A DNA stretch of 47,791 bases from an uncultured Ruminiclostridium sp. (GTDB lineage Bacteria; Bacillota; Clostridia; Oscillospirales; Oscillospiraceae). Below are positions 30,897-39,906 of the stretch, in pieces (position 1 is the first letter of the stretch; the number at the start of each line of letters is the position of its first letter). A program made the translations under genes and the position numbers. The notes below the pieces were generated by a model. The model saw only the letters and a program-made list of their open reading frames with translations, was not told where the DNA came from and did no database searches. The stretch spans positions 1-47,791 of the forward strand of contig CAZSWQ010000001.1 in the NCBI GenBank assembly GCA_964611025.1, given 5' to 3'.

Positions 30897-32114
30897 TTAT
30901 GCACGAACTACAGCGATGGCACGACCCAGACGCTTAACGCATTCGTCACATTCTTCCTTGGTGATGATGAGGGGGGGAACCATACGGATGATGCCAGTAC
31001 CGATAGCGGTGACCAGCAGATGATCCTTAACGCACTGACGCTTAACTTCAACAGCGTTGATGCCATCTTCGAGGACGACACCGACAAACAGACCACGACC
31101 ACGAACCAGCTTAGCACCAGGCATAGCACGGAGCTGTTCCATGAAGTATTCACCGATTTCAGTACAGTGAGCACCGAGGTTGGTTTCCTTCATGAAGTCG
31201 AAAACTGCGTTGGAAGCTGCACAGCAGATGGGGCTACCAGCATAGGTAGAGCCGTGAGCACCAGCGGTGAAAGCGGAAGCCAGCTTATTGGTAGCTGCAC
31301 AAGCTGCGATAGGAGTACCGCCGCCCATTGCCTTAGCCATGGAAACTGCGTCGGGCTGTACGCCGTAGCCCTGATAGCACATGAAAGTGCCACAACGGTT
31401 CCAGCCAGCCTGAATTTCGTCGAGCAACAGGAACAGGCCCTTGTCATCACAGAGCTTACGCAGACCTTCCAGGAATTCGGGAGTTGCGGGGAAAACGCCG
31501 CCTTCGCCCTGAACAGGTTCGACCATGATAGCGATGGTGTTTTCGGTGACAGCAGCTTCGAAGGAAGCCAAATCGTTGTAGTCAGCATAGGTGAAGCCGG
31601 GAGCCAGAGCGCCGAAGCCCTTCTGGATTGCGGAATCAGGCTGGCCAGTAGCGGTCATAGCTGCGAAGGTTCTGCCGTGGAAAGACTTCTTAGCAGTAAC
31701 GATTTCCCACTTGTTGGGACCGAAGTTGTCGACACCATACTTACGAGCCATCTTAATCATAGCTTCGTTTGCTTCGGTACCGGAGTTCTGATAAATCAGC
31801 TTATCCATGCCGGATTCCTTACAAATCTTTTCAGCCAGAACAACCTGAGGAATGGTGTAGGGGTAGTTGAAGGTATGCATGATGGTTGCGGTCTGTTCCT
31901 GAAGAGCAGCAACAACAGCATCGTTACAGCTACCAACGGAGTTAACAGCAACGCCACCGTAGAAGTCGAGGTAAGCATCGCCATTCTGGTCGTACAGGTA
32001 TGCACCCTTGGCGTAGTCAGCAACGAAATCCATACGTTCGTAGGTTTCGATCATGTATTCGGATACTTTTGCCTTCAGTTCGGCAGGGGTCATACCGGTG
32101 TCTTTCAATCTCAT
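30897..32114 (-). CDS. Class III PLP aminotransferase (ArgD/ornithine aminotransferase family), substrate uncertain
   Basis: YLDFYGG, NSGTEANE, FHGRT, EPVQGEGG, DEIQAG, AKAMGGG, HGSTYAG. Confidence 0.9.
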   Translation of the reverse strand: MRLKDTGMTPAELKAKVSEYMIETYERMDFVADYAKGAYLYDQNGDAYLDFYGGVAVNSVGSCNDAVVAALQEQTATIMHTFNYPYTIPQVVLAEKICKESGMDKLIYQNSGTEANEAMIKMARKYGVDNFGPNKWEIVTAKKSFHGRTFAAMTATGQPDSAIQKGFGALAPGFTYADYNDLASFEAAVTENTIAIMVEPVQGEGGVFPATPEFLEGLRKLCDDKGLFLLLDEIQAGWNRCGTFMCYQGYGVQPDAVSMAKAMGGGTPIAACAATNKLASAFTAGAHGSTYAGSPICCAASNAVFDFMKETNLGAHCTEIGEYFMEQLRAMPGAKLVRGRGLFVGVVLEDGINAVEVKRQCVKDHLLVTAIGTGIIRMVPPLIITKEECDECVKRLGRAIAVVRA

Positions 32115-32670
32115 AAGAAAAATCCTCCCATTCGAATATAAATAAGGTATGCACTTGGTTTCCCCATACTAGACGTGGACAAAATCGCCTGCGTGCTTCT
32201 GGGGAAGTTGTTTTTAGATACAGGATTGGTTTGCTCTGTCAGCACAACTTCCCTGTAACTTGTGCCTATGGTAACATGGATTTTCGGAAAATGAAATGCA
32301 CATTTTATACAAAAATATTGCCCACTTCCTGTCTGTGGCAAAGTCGCACAAAATCGAAGACTTTTCTCGTTTTGGCGGTTTACTGCTGAAAAGCTGTGGC
32401 TTTTCGGGCGGTACGGCGGGCTTTTGCCTGTTTTCATCGCCATAGACAGAGAATTTCAGCTGTATTTTTTGCTTTTTAGGCAGAATCTTTTTGCTTTTTT
32501 CTTCGTCACTTTGCACAATCGGACAGAAAATTTACACCCGCCTCTTTGTTTTTTTGCTTAAAGGGCAGTTTGGTACGCTTTTTCCCAAGAACCAGCCTTT
32601 TCCTCTCTCAATTCCTATGCTATACTTGCGTTACATCGGTTTTTTATCCAGTATCAAAGGAGTGTTTTTG

Positions 32671-33315
32671 ATGTATTGTTCCACGAAAGATGCCAAAGTG
32701 CAATTGTGCGATTGTGCCCGTCGGCTCTATGAACGGGGTTTGGTGGTTGCCAATGACGGAAATTTGAGTGTGCGTGTGGGAGAAGATGCCGTCTGGGTCA
32801 CGCCGTCGGGCATTTCCAAGGGCTTTCTCACCGAAGATATGCTCGTGAAAGTCAATTTAGCGGGTGAAATTTTGGAGGGCAGATACAAACCCTCCAGCGA
32901 AAGCAAGATGCACCTCGCCTTGTACCGTGCTCTGCCTGAGATGCAGGCGGTTGTCCATGCCCATCCCCCCGCTGCCACCAGCTTTGCCGTGGCAGGTCTC
33001 CCGCTCGACCGACCCATTTTGCAGGAGAGCGTCCGCCAGCTCGGGGCTGTGCCCCTTGTGCCCTATGCCCTGCCTGGTACAGATGCCCTCGCCCAGAGCG
33101 TTTTGCCCTACTGTCACACTGCCCGTGCCCTGCTTTTGGAATTTCACGGGGCAGTAACTTGGGGGACAAGTTTGGAAAAAGCCCTGTTCCGCATGGAAAC
33201 CTTGGAGCAAACCGCCGAAGTCCAGCTCCATTTGCACACGCTCGGCTCTGAGCGTCAGCTCCCCCCAGAACTGCTCGATGCCATCATCGACCAACGTGCC
33301 CAGCACGGCATTTGA
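32671..33315 (+). CDS. Class II aldolase/adducin family protein (FucA-like)
   Basis: GNLSVR, TPSG, PSSE..MH, VHAHP, HG metal ligands; ATG at 32671 after AAGGAG; TGCTATACT extended -10 at 32618-32626. Confidence 0.9.
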   Translation: MYCSTKDAKVQLCDCARRLYERGLVVANDGNLSVRVGEDAVWVTPSGISKGFLTEDMLVKVNLAGEILEGRYKPSSESKMHLALYRALPEMQAVVHAHPPAATSFAVAGLPLDRPILQESVRQLGAVPLVPYALPGTDALAQSVLPYCHTARALLLEFHGAVTWGTSLEKALFRMETLEQTAEVQLHLHTLGSERQLPPELLDAIIDQRAQHGI

Positions 33316-33320
33316 ACAAG

Positions 33321-33354
33321 AAAAAAACGAGATGGAAATTCCATCTCGTTTTTT
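33321..33354. terminator. Bidirectional intrinsic terminator
   Basis: AAAAAAACGAGATGGAA-A-TTCCATCTCGTTTTTT between convergent genes. Confidence 0.8.
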
Positions 33355-33463
33355 GTCGGTTATATGTTCAAACGGTCGATGTCCACACCCATAGACAGGG
33401 TGGGACTGCTTTGGATGGGTGCAGACATCGCTCGTTCGCTACTTCTTTCTTTTGGTGTGCTGG

Positions 33464-33853
33464 TCATGCTTGCTTGCCCAAGCGATGCGTATCACGTTTT
33501 TTATAGATACCAGAATTTGCAAGAAGTTGCACGTACTCCATCAACCTCTCTTGTCCCTCTGCGTTCATGTCGGTAAATTCCTCTACCAACTTTCGTGCTT
33601 CGGTGGGGACTGCGGGTGGGGCTTCGGGGACGATGCGGACGGGAGCGGTTTTGTCGTCCATGCCTGCCAAATAGTCCAACGATACGCCAAAGTAATTGGC
33701 AAGCTGAATCATCTTCTCGAACGATGGGGAAGAACCACGGCGTAAGTTCGAGATAAGATTTTTCCCTGCTCCAGAATTGTGCAACGCCACGTTGACACTT
33801 TCGTTTTTTGAGCGAGATAAGTCGGTAATTATGGAAATTAAATCTGTGCTCAT
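33464..33853 (-). CDS. XRE-family helix-turn-helix regulator
   Basis: PSFEKMIQLANYFGVSLDYLAG XRE signature; ATG at 33853 after AAAGGAG. Confidence 0.85.
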   Translation of the reverse strand: MSTDLISIITDLSRSKNESVNVALHNSGAGKNLISNLRRGSSPSFEKMIQLANYFGVSLDYLAGMDDKTAPVRIVPEAPPAVPTEARKLVEEFTDMNAEGQERLMEYVQLLANSGIYKKRDTHRLGKQA

Positions 33854-33902
33854 ACTAAGTTTCTCCTTTCTGTTGTAATATTGCCCAATATGACATTTAT
33901 AT

Positions 33903-33964
33903 GTAGGGAAGGGTCTTGACCCTTCCGAAGCCTTCCGAAAGTAACAAGCCGAATCCTTCGGAAA
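33903..33964 (+). repeat. GTAG REP-like palindrome followed by CCTTC(C/G)GAA direct repeats
   Basis: GTAGGGAAGGGTC-TT-GACCCTTCC (33903-33926); CCTTCCGAA at 33921 and 33931, CCTTCGGAA at 33955. Confidence 0.65.
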
Positions 33965-33999
33965 ACAGCAAGGAGGCAAACCGTCGCCTAGGAATTGTA

Positions 34000-34659
34000 T
34001 CAGGCAAATGCCAAGCGTGGGGTGCTGGCGAGGTCTTCGACCAGATTCACTGCTTCTGTGACCGCCCCTTCCATTTTGGCAAAGAGTTCCTTCACAGGGG
34101 CATCATAGGAGCTGTTCAGACGGCGACGGTAAATCCCCGTGCATTTTTGCATCTGGGTGGTCAGCATTGCCATACTGGACAAGCCAACCTGATACTCCTT
34201 GGGTCTGCCGATGATGTCGCCTATCATATTGGCGACCCGTGCTCTGCCCTTCATGACCTTGGAGGGTTCTGAGCTCTCGCCCGTCTGACGCAAAATTTCC
34301 CAATCCAAACCCGTTTCCATGATGTGATGGGACAAGCCCTGTTCCCGCATCATGGCATAGATATAAGGGTGGCAGGCATCGTCCAGCACCATGTGACAGA
34401 GATATCCTGCGGCAAAACTCTGCTGGCAGAGGTTGCCCTCCTGCAAGAGCTTTTGCAGACGGGGCACGCTGCGCTCCTCCCAAGTGGCATGGAGCAAGCG
34501 GGAAAGGCTCAACCCACCAGGAAAAAACAAGAGGGGGTCAGGGCCATAGAGTCCACAACGAAACGCCAAGCTGTCCGCTTGGGTCACTTCCTTTAAGTAA
34601 GGGGAAAGTGCCTCTTGCACACGCACCCCAAAGTGTTCATGGGTCAGATAATTTGGCAT
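34000..34659 (-). CDS. Zinc-dependent phospholipase C family protein
   Basis: MP..LTH, G..GPD, GYLCHMVLD..CHPYI, H..ME...D; ATG at 34659 after AAGGAG. Confidence 0.8.
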   Translation of the reverse strand: MPNYLTHEHFGVRVQEALSPYLKEVTQADSLAFRCGLYGPDPLLFFPGGLSLSRLLHATWEERSVPRLQKLLQEGNLCQQSFAAGYLCHMVLDDACHPYIYAMMREQGLSHHIMETGLDWEILRQTGESSEPSKVMKGRARVANMIGDIIGRPKEYQVGLSSMAMLTTQMQKCTGIYRRRLNSSYDAPVKELFAKMEGAVTEAVNLVEDLASTPRLAFA

Positions 34660-34764
34660 CTGCTTGCTCCTTTTCTCATCAAAAGCCTTTTCCATTCTAT
34701 GCAAGCAGCTGCAAGTGAACACGAAAGGCGAAAATTTCCCAGAGGACTTCTATTTTATATGACT

Positions 34765-34793
34765 ATGATAACACAGAGCTAAGGTGGACGCAA
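34765..34793 (-). promoter_or_regulatory. Putative SigA promoter
   Basis: TTGCGT-17 nt-TATCAT with TG extension. Confidence 0.45.
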
Positions 34794-34849
34794 TAGACAA
34801 ATTCTTACAAAAAAGAACGGGATTTTTGCCCAAGCTCTGACACACATAC

Positions 34850-34885
34850 AAAAAACGGAAGTCCACACGAGGACTTCCGTTTTTT
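34850..34885 (-). terminator. Terminator of liv operon
   Basis: AAAAAACGGAAGTCC-ACACGA-GGACTTCCGTTTTTT. Confidence 0.85.
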
Positions 34886-34895
34886 CTCTGGGGTC

Positions 34896-35603
34896 TCAGC
34901 CACCCAGATAGGCTTTTTTGACGGCTGCGTCGTTCAAGAGGGCAGAGGCTTCTGCACTGGCACTGACACGACCTGTTTCCAAAACATAGCCACGATTGGC
35001 AATCGCCAATGCCATTCTTGCGTTCTGTTCGACCAGCAAGATGGTTGTGCCCGCCTTGTTCAAGTTCTGGATGATGCGGAAAATTTCATCGACCAAGAGG
35101 GGTGCAAGACCCATGGAGGGCTCGTCCAACATTAAGAGCTTGGGCTTGGACATCATCGCACGACCCATGGCGAGCATCTGCTGTTCGCCACCCGACATTG
35201 TGCCCGAGGTCTGCTTATAGCGTTCCTTCAGACGGGGAAAGAGCTCATAGACGTGGTCAATGGAATCCTTGATTTCGCTGTTGGGGCGGGTGTATGCACC
35301 CATTTCCAAGTTCTCCTGTACGCTCATCTGCTGGAACACACGACGCCCTTCGGGGCAGTGTGCCATACCCAGACCAACGACCGCATGGGGCTTGATGCCC
35401 ACCAGAGACTTGCCCTCAAAGGTAATCGAGCCACTTTTGGGACGCATCATGGCGGAGACGGTTTTCAGCGTGGTGGATTTCCCCGCACCGTTTGCCCCAA
35501 TCAGGGTCACAATTTCGCCCTCGTTGACCTCAAAGGAAACGCCCTTAATGGCATGAATGCTCCCGTAATAGACCTGAATGTCTTCGACTTTCAACATGCT
35601 CAT
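34896..35603 (-). CDS. livF: Branched-chain amino acid ABC transporter ATPase
   Basis: GANGAGKST, PEGRRVF, MSGGEQQM, LDEPS; ATG at 35603. Confidence 0.93.
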   Translation of the reverse strand: MSMLKVEDIQVYYGSIHAIKGVSFEVNEGEIVTLIGANGAGKSTTLKTVSAMMRPKSGSITFEGKSLVGIKPHAVVGLGMAHCPEGRRVFQQMSVQENLEMGAYTRPNSEIKDSIDHVYELFPRLKERYKQTSGTMSGGEQQMLAMGRAMMSKPKLLMLDEPSMGLAPLLVDEIFRIIQNLNKAGTTILLVEQNARMALAIANRGYVLETGRVSASAEASALLNDAAVKKAYLGG

Positions 35604-35604
35604 C

Positions 35605-36450
35605 TTATGCGTCCTCCTTTTGCTTGCCCAAGTATGCCTCAATGACGGCGGGGTTGGACTGAATTTCTTCGGGTGTCCCCTTGGCAATGATTTTGCCATA
35701 GTTCAAAACGGCAATGCCTTCGCAGATGTTCATGACCAAGCTCATATCGTGTTCGATGAGCATAATGGCAATGTGGAAGGTATCACGAATCTTGCGGATG
35801 TTCTCCATCAGCTCTGCCGTTTCGGAGGGGTTCATGCCCGCTGCGGGTTCGTCCAGAAGCAAGAGGGAGGGGTTCGTACCCAGAGCACGGACAATTTCCA
35901 AGCGACGCTGTGCGCCGTAGGGCAGAGAGCCTGCCTTGTGATTGCCCAAGTCCTGCATATCAAAAATAGACAAAAGCTCCATGGCTCTTTCATGGGCGAC
36001 TTTTTCCTGCTTCCAATAATTTGGGGTGCGGAAAATGCCATCGAGCAGGCTGTAATTGGTGGAGTTGTGCAGACCGACCTTGACGTTTTCTTCCACGGTC
36101 AGCTTATCAAAGAGGCGGATATTCTGGAAGGTACGGGCAATGCCCGCACGGTTGACCTGTTCGGTATTCATGCCGGCGGTGTCACGGTGGTCGAGCAAAA
36201 TTGTACCACGGGTGGGCTGATACACCTTGGTGAGCAGGTTAAAGACCGTGGTCTTACCCGCCCCGTTTGGGCCAATCAGACCCGCAATTTCTGTGCGCCC
36301 AATTGCCATGTTAAATTCATCGACAGCCGTCAGACCGCCGAAATCAATGCCCAAGTGACGGGCTTCCAAAATGGGGGTTTTGTCTTGGTCACGTTCGGGA
36401 ATTTGATAGTCATTTGGTACGTTGACCAACTTGGTTTTTTGTTCACTCAT
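35605..36450 (-). CDS. livG: Branched-chain amino acid ABC transporter ATPase
   Basis: FGGLTAV, GPNGAGKTT, RTFQNIRLF, LPYG.QRRLEI, IEHDM. Confidence 0.93.
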   Translation of the reverse strand: MSEQKTKLVNVPNDYQIPERDQDKTPILEARHLGIDFGGLTAVDEFNMAIGRTEIAGLIGPNGAGKTTVFNLLTKVYQPTRGTILLDHRDTAGMNTEQVNRAGIARTFQNIRLFDKLTVEENVKVGLHNSTNYSLLDGIFRTPNYWKQEKVAHERAMELLSIFDMQDLGNHKAGSLPYGAQRRLEIVRALGTNPSLLLLDEPAAGMNPSETAELMENIRKIRDTFHIAIMLIEHDMSLVMNICEGIAVLNYGKIIAKGTPEEIQSNPAVIEAYLGKQKEDA

Positions 36451-37516
36451 TGCTCGTACCTCCTGACACGGTATCGGGTTCTTTCTTATGGAATACGCTC
36501 ATGGCACGTTCCCAATAGTGCTGTAATGTTTCATTGTTGCGCATCAGCATGACCACAATCAGGATGATAGCATAGACCAGCATACGGTAATCCTGATACT
36601 CACGCAAAAGTTCGGGCAGGATGGTCAGAAGTGCGGCGGCAATCATCGAGCCACGCAGGTTGCCCAGACCGCCCAAGACAACAAAGACCAAGACCAAAAT
36701 GGAGGTATTGAAGTCAAATTTCTTGGCGACAACGGTGGAGAAGTTCATGGCATACAGCGCACCAGCCATGCCCGCAAAGGCGGCGGCGGTGACAAAGGCA
36801 GTCATCTTATACTTGGTGATGTTCAGCCCGCTCGCTTCGGCAGCGATGCGGTTATCACGGATGGCCATAATGGCACGACCTGTACGGCTCTTGACCAGAT
36901 TCTGAATGACAAAGAGAGTGACCAGCAAGAGGATGATACCCGCTAGGAAGGTAGACAACTTGGGCATACCCGTGACACCAATGGGACCATTGATGATGAG
37001 GCGACCGGTTTCGCTCATGCCCAGTTCGTTTGCACTCGACATGCTGAAATGCAAGCCCGTTTCATCCATGCCCACATAGAGCACATTGACCACGTTCTTG
37101 ATGATTTCGCCAAAGGCGAGGGTGACAATGGCGAGGTAGTCCCCATGCAGACGCAAAACGGGAATGCCGATGAGGACACCCGCCAGTGCGGCAATCGCAC
37201 CACCGACCACAATGGCAAGTGCCAAACGCAGGGGCACAAAGGGAATGAGTTCTGTCAGGGTGATGGCACAGACCGCACCCGTAAATGCCCCGACGCTCAT
37301 GAAGCCTGCGTGACCGAGGCTCAGTTCGCCAGAAATGCCGACGACCAAGTTCAGGGAGACCGCCATAATCATGTAAACACAGATGGGAACCAGCTGGCTG
37401 GAAAAGGTGTTGGACAGGTTACCACCCGATGCCAACAGTTGAATGACGAGGTAAAAGACCAGAACCAAGCCATAATTGATAAAGGATTGCAGTCCGCTGC
37501 GACTTTGTTTTTTCAT
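36443..37516 (-). CDS. livM: Branched-chain amino acid ABC transporter permease
   Basis: SLGHAGF, LRLHGDYLAIVTLAFGEI, VLGGLG. Confidence 0.92.
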   Translation of the reverse strand: MKKQSRSGLQSFINYGLVLVFYLVIQLLASGGNLSNTFSSQLVPICVYMIMAVSLNLVVGISGELSLGHAGFMSVGAFTGAVCAITLTELIPFVPLRLALAIVVGGAIAALAGVLIGIPVLRLHGDYLAIVTLAFGEIIKNVVNVLYVGMDETGLHFSMSSANELGMSETGRLIINGPIGVTGMPKLSTFLAGIILLLVTLFVIQNLVKSRTGRAIMAIRDNRIAAEASGLNITKYKMTAFVTAAAFAGMAGALYAMNFSTVVAKKFDFNTSILVLVFVVLGGLGNLRGSMIAAALLTILPELLREYQDYRMLVYAIILIVVMLMRNNETLQHYWERAMSVFHKKEPDTVSGGTSNE

Positions 37517-37527
37517 CTCGCATCACC

Positions 37528-38409
37528 TCAGACTTTCTCACGGATTTTCTTGCCCAACAAGCCCGTGGGCTTGACCAGCAAGACAACAATCAACACACTG
37601 AAAACAATGGCATCGGACAACTGCGTAGAAATATATGCCTTGCCGAAAATTTCAATGATGCCCAACAGGATACCGCCAATCATTGCCCCAGGAATCGAGC
37701 CAATGCCACCGAACACGGCGGCGGTAAATGCCTTGATACCGGGCATTGCACCCGTGGTGGGAATCAAGGTGGGGTACATGGAGCAGAGCAGGACACCTGC
37801 AATGGCGGCCAGTGCAGAGCCAATGGCAAAGGTCAAGGAAATGGTGAAGTTGACATTGATGCCCATGAGCTGGGCAGCTGCCTTGTCTTCGGAAACCGCA
37901 CGCATTGCCTTACCCATTTTGGTTTTCTTGGTGAACAAGGTCAAAAAGACCATGACCAAGACACAGGTCAAAACGGTGGTGAGCATTTCGCCAGAAATAA
38001 TCATCTTTCCCCCAAAGAGCACTTGGTCTTGGAAGGGCACAAGAGAGGGGAAGTTTTTGGGGCTGGAGCCCCAGCGAATGAGGGCGAAGTTTTGCAGGAA
38101 GAAGGACACACCAATGGCGGTAATCAACACCGCAAGGGATGTGGCATTGCGGAGGGGGCGGTATGCTAAAAACTCGATGACCACGCCCAGAACGGTACAG
38201 AGCACCATCGCCATCAAGACGGCAACGGGTGCGGGCAGGGAACTGCTGGAAGTGGCAAAAAATGCCACATAAGCACCAATCATGATGACGTCGCCGTGGG
38301 CAAAGTTCAGCATTTTTGCAATGCCGTAAACCATCGTATAGCCCAAGGCGATGATGGCATAAATACTGCCCAAACTCACGCCACTGATTAGATAATTGAG
38401 GAAGTTCAT
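37528..38409 (-). CDS. livH: Branched-chain amino acid ABC transporter permease
   Basis: GSIYAIIALGYTMVYG..NFAHG, KAFTAAVFGGIG, KPTGLLG; ATG at 38409. Confidence 0.93.
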   Translation of the reverse strand: MNFLNYLISGVSLGSIYAIIALGYTMVYGIAKMLNFAHGDVIMIGAYVAFFATSSSSLPAPVAVLMAMVLCTVLGVVIEFLAYRPLRNATSLAVLITAIGVSFFLQNFALIRWGSSPKNFPSLVPFQDQVLFGGKMIISGEMLTTVLTCVLVMVFLTLFTKKTKMGKAMRAVSEDKAAAQLMGINVNFTISLTFAIGSALAAIAGVLLCSMYPTLIPTTGAMPGIKAFTAAVFGGIGSIPGAMIGGILLGIIEIFGKAYISTQLSDAIVFSVLIVVLLVKPTGLLGKKIREKV

Positions 38410-38557
38410 CTCTCTCACCTCTTAATTACATAAAATTTGAATGGCTGACAAAAGTAGATTAAATAGCGTTCGGGAACCAATGCTCAGCCCGCCAAGCGTG
38501 ACGGGTTCGGCATCAGTTCCCTATCCTGTTGTGATATTTCATATCAGTTCAGTGCGG

Positions 38558-38590
38558 AAAAAGGGGGTTGCCACAGGGCAACCCCCTTTT
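38558..38590 (-). terminator. Terminator/stabiliser after binding-protein gene
   Basis: AAAAGGGGGTTGCC-ACAG-GGCAACCCCCTTTT. Confidence 0.75.
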
Positions 38591-38622
38591 GGAAATACAG
38601 AGGGATATGCGTTTGGGGAAAC

Positions 38623-39816
38623 TTAGCCGACGTATACGCCGTCCTTGACGGTGAAGACGGTGGGTGCTTTGGTGACTTCGCCCGTTGCCTTCCAAGTCAT
38701 ATTTTCGCCAGTGAGACCATTGAACACAAAGCTCTCAGAGGAGAAGGTTTCAATCATCATTTCGCAGACTTCTGCTGCGCTCATGATTGCAACGTCCTTG
38801 CCAGAAGCAACGGCTGCATTGTAGATGGCATAAACACAGTCATAGCCGTCTGCTGCAAACTGAGAGGGCACTTCGCCGTTGTTGTTTTCCTTGTACTTTG
38901 CGACAAAATCAGCGGTGGCGGTGTCTTCTGCGTTTGCATTGAAGGGGGTCAAGAGCATGACACCTTCTGCCAACTTGGTGTCAAAGCCTTCGATGGTCAA
39001 GATACCGTCCATGCCGTCACAGCCGTAGAACTTGGGGGCGTACTGCATGTCAGCAGCCTGCTGGAGAATCAGGGAAGCGGGGGTGTAGTAGATGGGCATG
39101 AAGATGAAGTCTGCACCCTTGTCTTGGGCACTTCTCAGCTGAACAGAGAAGTCATTTGCAGTATCATCGGTGAAGGTGCTTTCGGAGACGATGTCCAGAC
39201 CCAGTTCAGCAGCCTTTGCCTTGAATGCGGTGTAGATGCCAGTGGAGTAAGCATCTGCGTTGTTGTAGATGACAGCAACCTTGGTTGCCAGCTTGTTGTC
39301 CACAATGTACTGTGCGGAAACGTCGCCCATGGTGGGGTCAGAGAAGCAGATTTGGTACATCATGTCACGGTTGTTGAGGATGATGGGGGAAGTTGCGGAA
39401 GGGGTCAGCATGAAGACACGGTCAGCCATAGCGGAAGCGGCGACAGCGTCACAGGGGGTGGTGGTGACACAGCCAACAATCGCCTGAGCGTTCTTGTCCT
39501 TCAACTGCTGGTAAGCATTGACTGCCTTTTCGCCGTCGTGTTCGTCATCCATGGGGATGAATTCGACCTTCAGACCGTCTGCTTTTGCATTGATTTCGTC
39601 GACAGCGATTTTTGCACCGGCCATAGCGGACTGACCGTAGAGTGCAGCAGGGCCAGTCAGAGGGCCGATGAAGCCCAGCTTCAGAGCTGCACCAGCGGTT
39701 TCACCGCCTTCGGCTGCGTCGCCTTCTTCTGCGGGAGCAGGGGTACCGCCACAGGCGGCGAGTGCCAGACACATCAACAGTGCCAAGAGCAGTGCGAGAA
39801 TACGAGATTTCTTCAT
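38623..39816 (-). CDS. LivJ/LivK-family ABC substrate-binding lipoprotein
   Basis: LAAC lipobox, GFIGPLTG.AA.YG, AVDEIN; ATG at 39816 after AGGAGG. Confidence 0.92.
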   Translation of the reverse strand: MKKSRILALLLALLMCLALAACGGTPAPAEEGDAAEGGETAGAALKLGFIGPLTGPAALYGQSAMAGAKIAVDEINAKADGLKVEFIPMDDEHDGEKAVNAYQQLKDKNAQAIVGCVTTTPCDAVAASAMADRVFMLTPSATSPIILNNRDMMYQICFSDPTMGDVSAQYIVDNKLATKVAVIYNNADAYSTGIYTAFKAKAAELGLDIVSESTFTDDTANDFSVQLRSAQDKGADFIFMPIYYTPASLILQQAADMQYAPKFYGCDGMDGILTIEGFDTKLAEGVMLLTPFNANAEDTATADFVAKYKENNNGEVPSQFAADGYDCVYAIYNAAVASGKDVAIMSAAEVCEMMIETFSSESFVFNGLTGENMTWKATGEVTKAPTVFTVKDGVYVG

Positions 39817-39856
39817 TTCATTTGTTCCTCCTTGTTTGATTCTGAAACTGTTGACA

Positions 39857-39885
39857 ATTATAGCGACTTGGTCTTTTTTTGTCAA
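39857..39885 (-). promoter_or_regulatory. Consensus SigA promoter of liv operon
   Basis: TTGACA-17 nt-TATAAT. Confidence 0.88.
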
Positions 39886-39906
39886 CCTCAAAACGCAATT
39901 TTTGCT

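Noticed and set aside
30897..32114. Gene symbol argD
   Set aside because: The family is clear but the substrate is not; there is no arg gene context
33464..33853. Prophage or ICE around the XRE gene
   Set aside because: No integrase, att-like repeats, or structural or conjugation genes nearby
6309..39891. Extended N-termini in the ORF track (pyrB, pyrD, pyrK, purH, purM, XRE, PLC, livF, binding protein)
   Set aside because: Downstream starts fit RBS position or family N-termini better; the extensions overlap upstream genes or promoters
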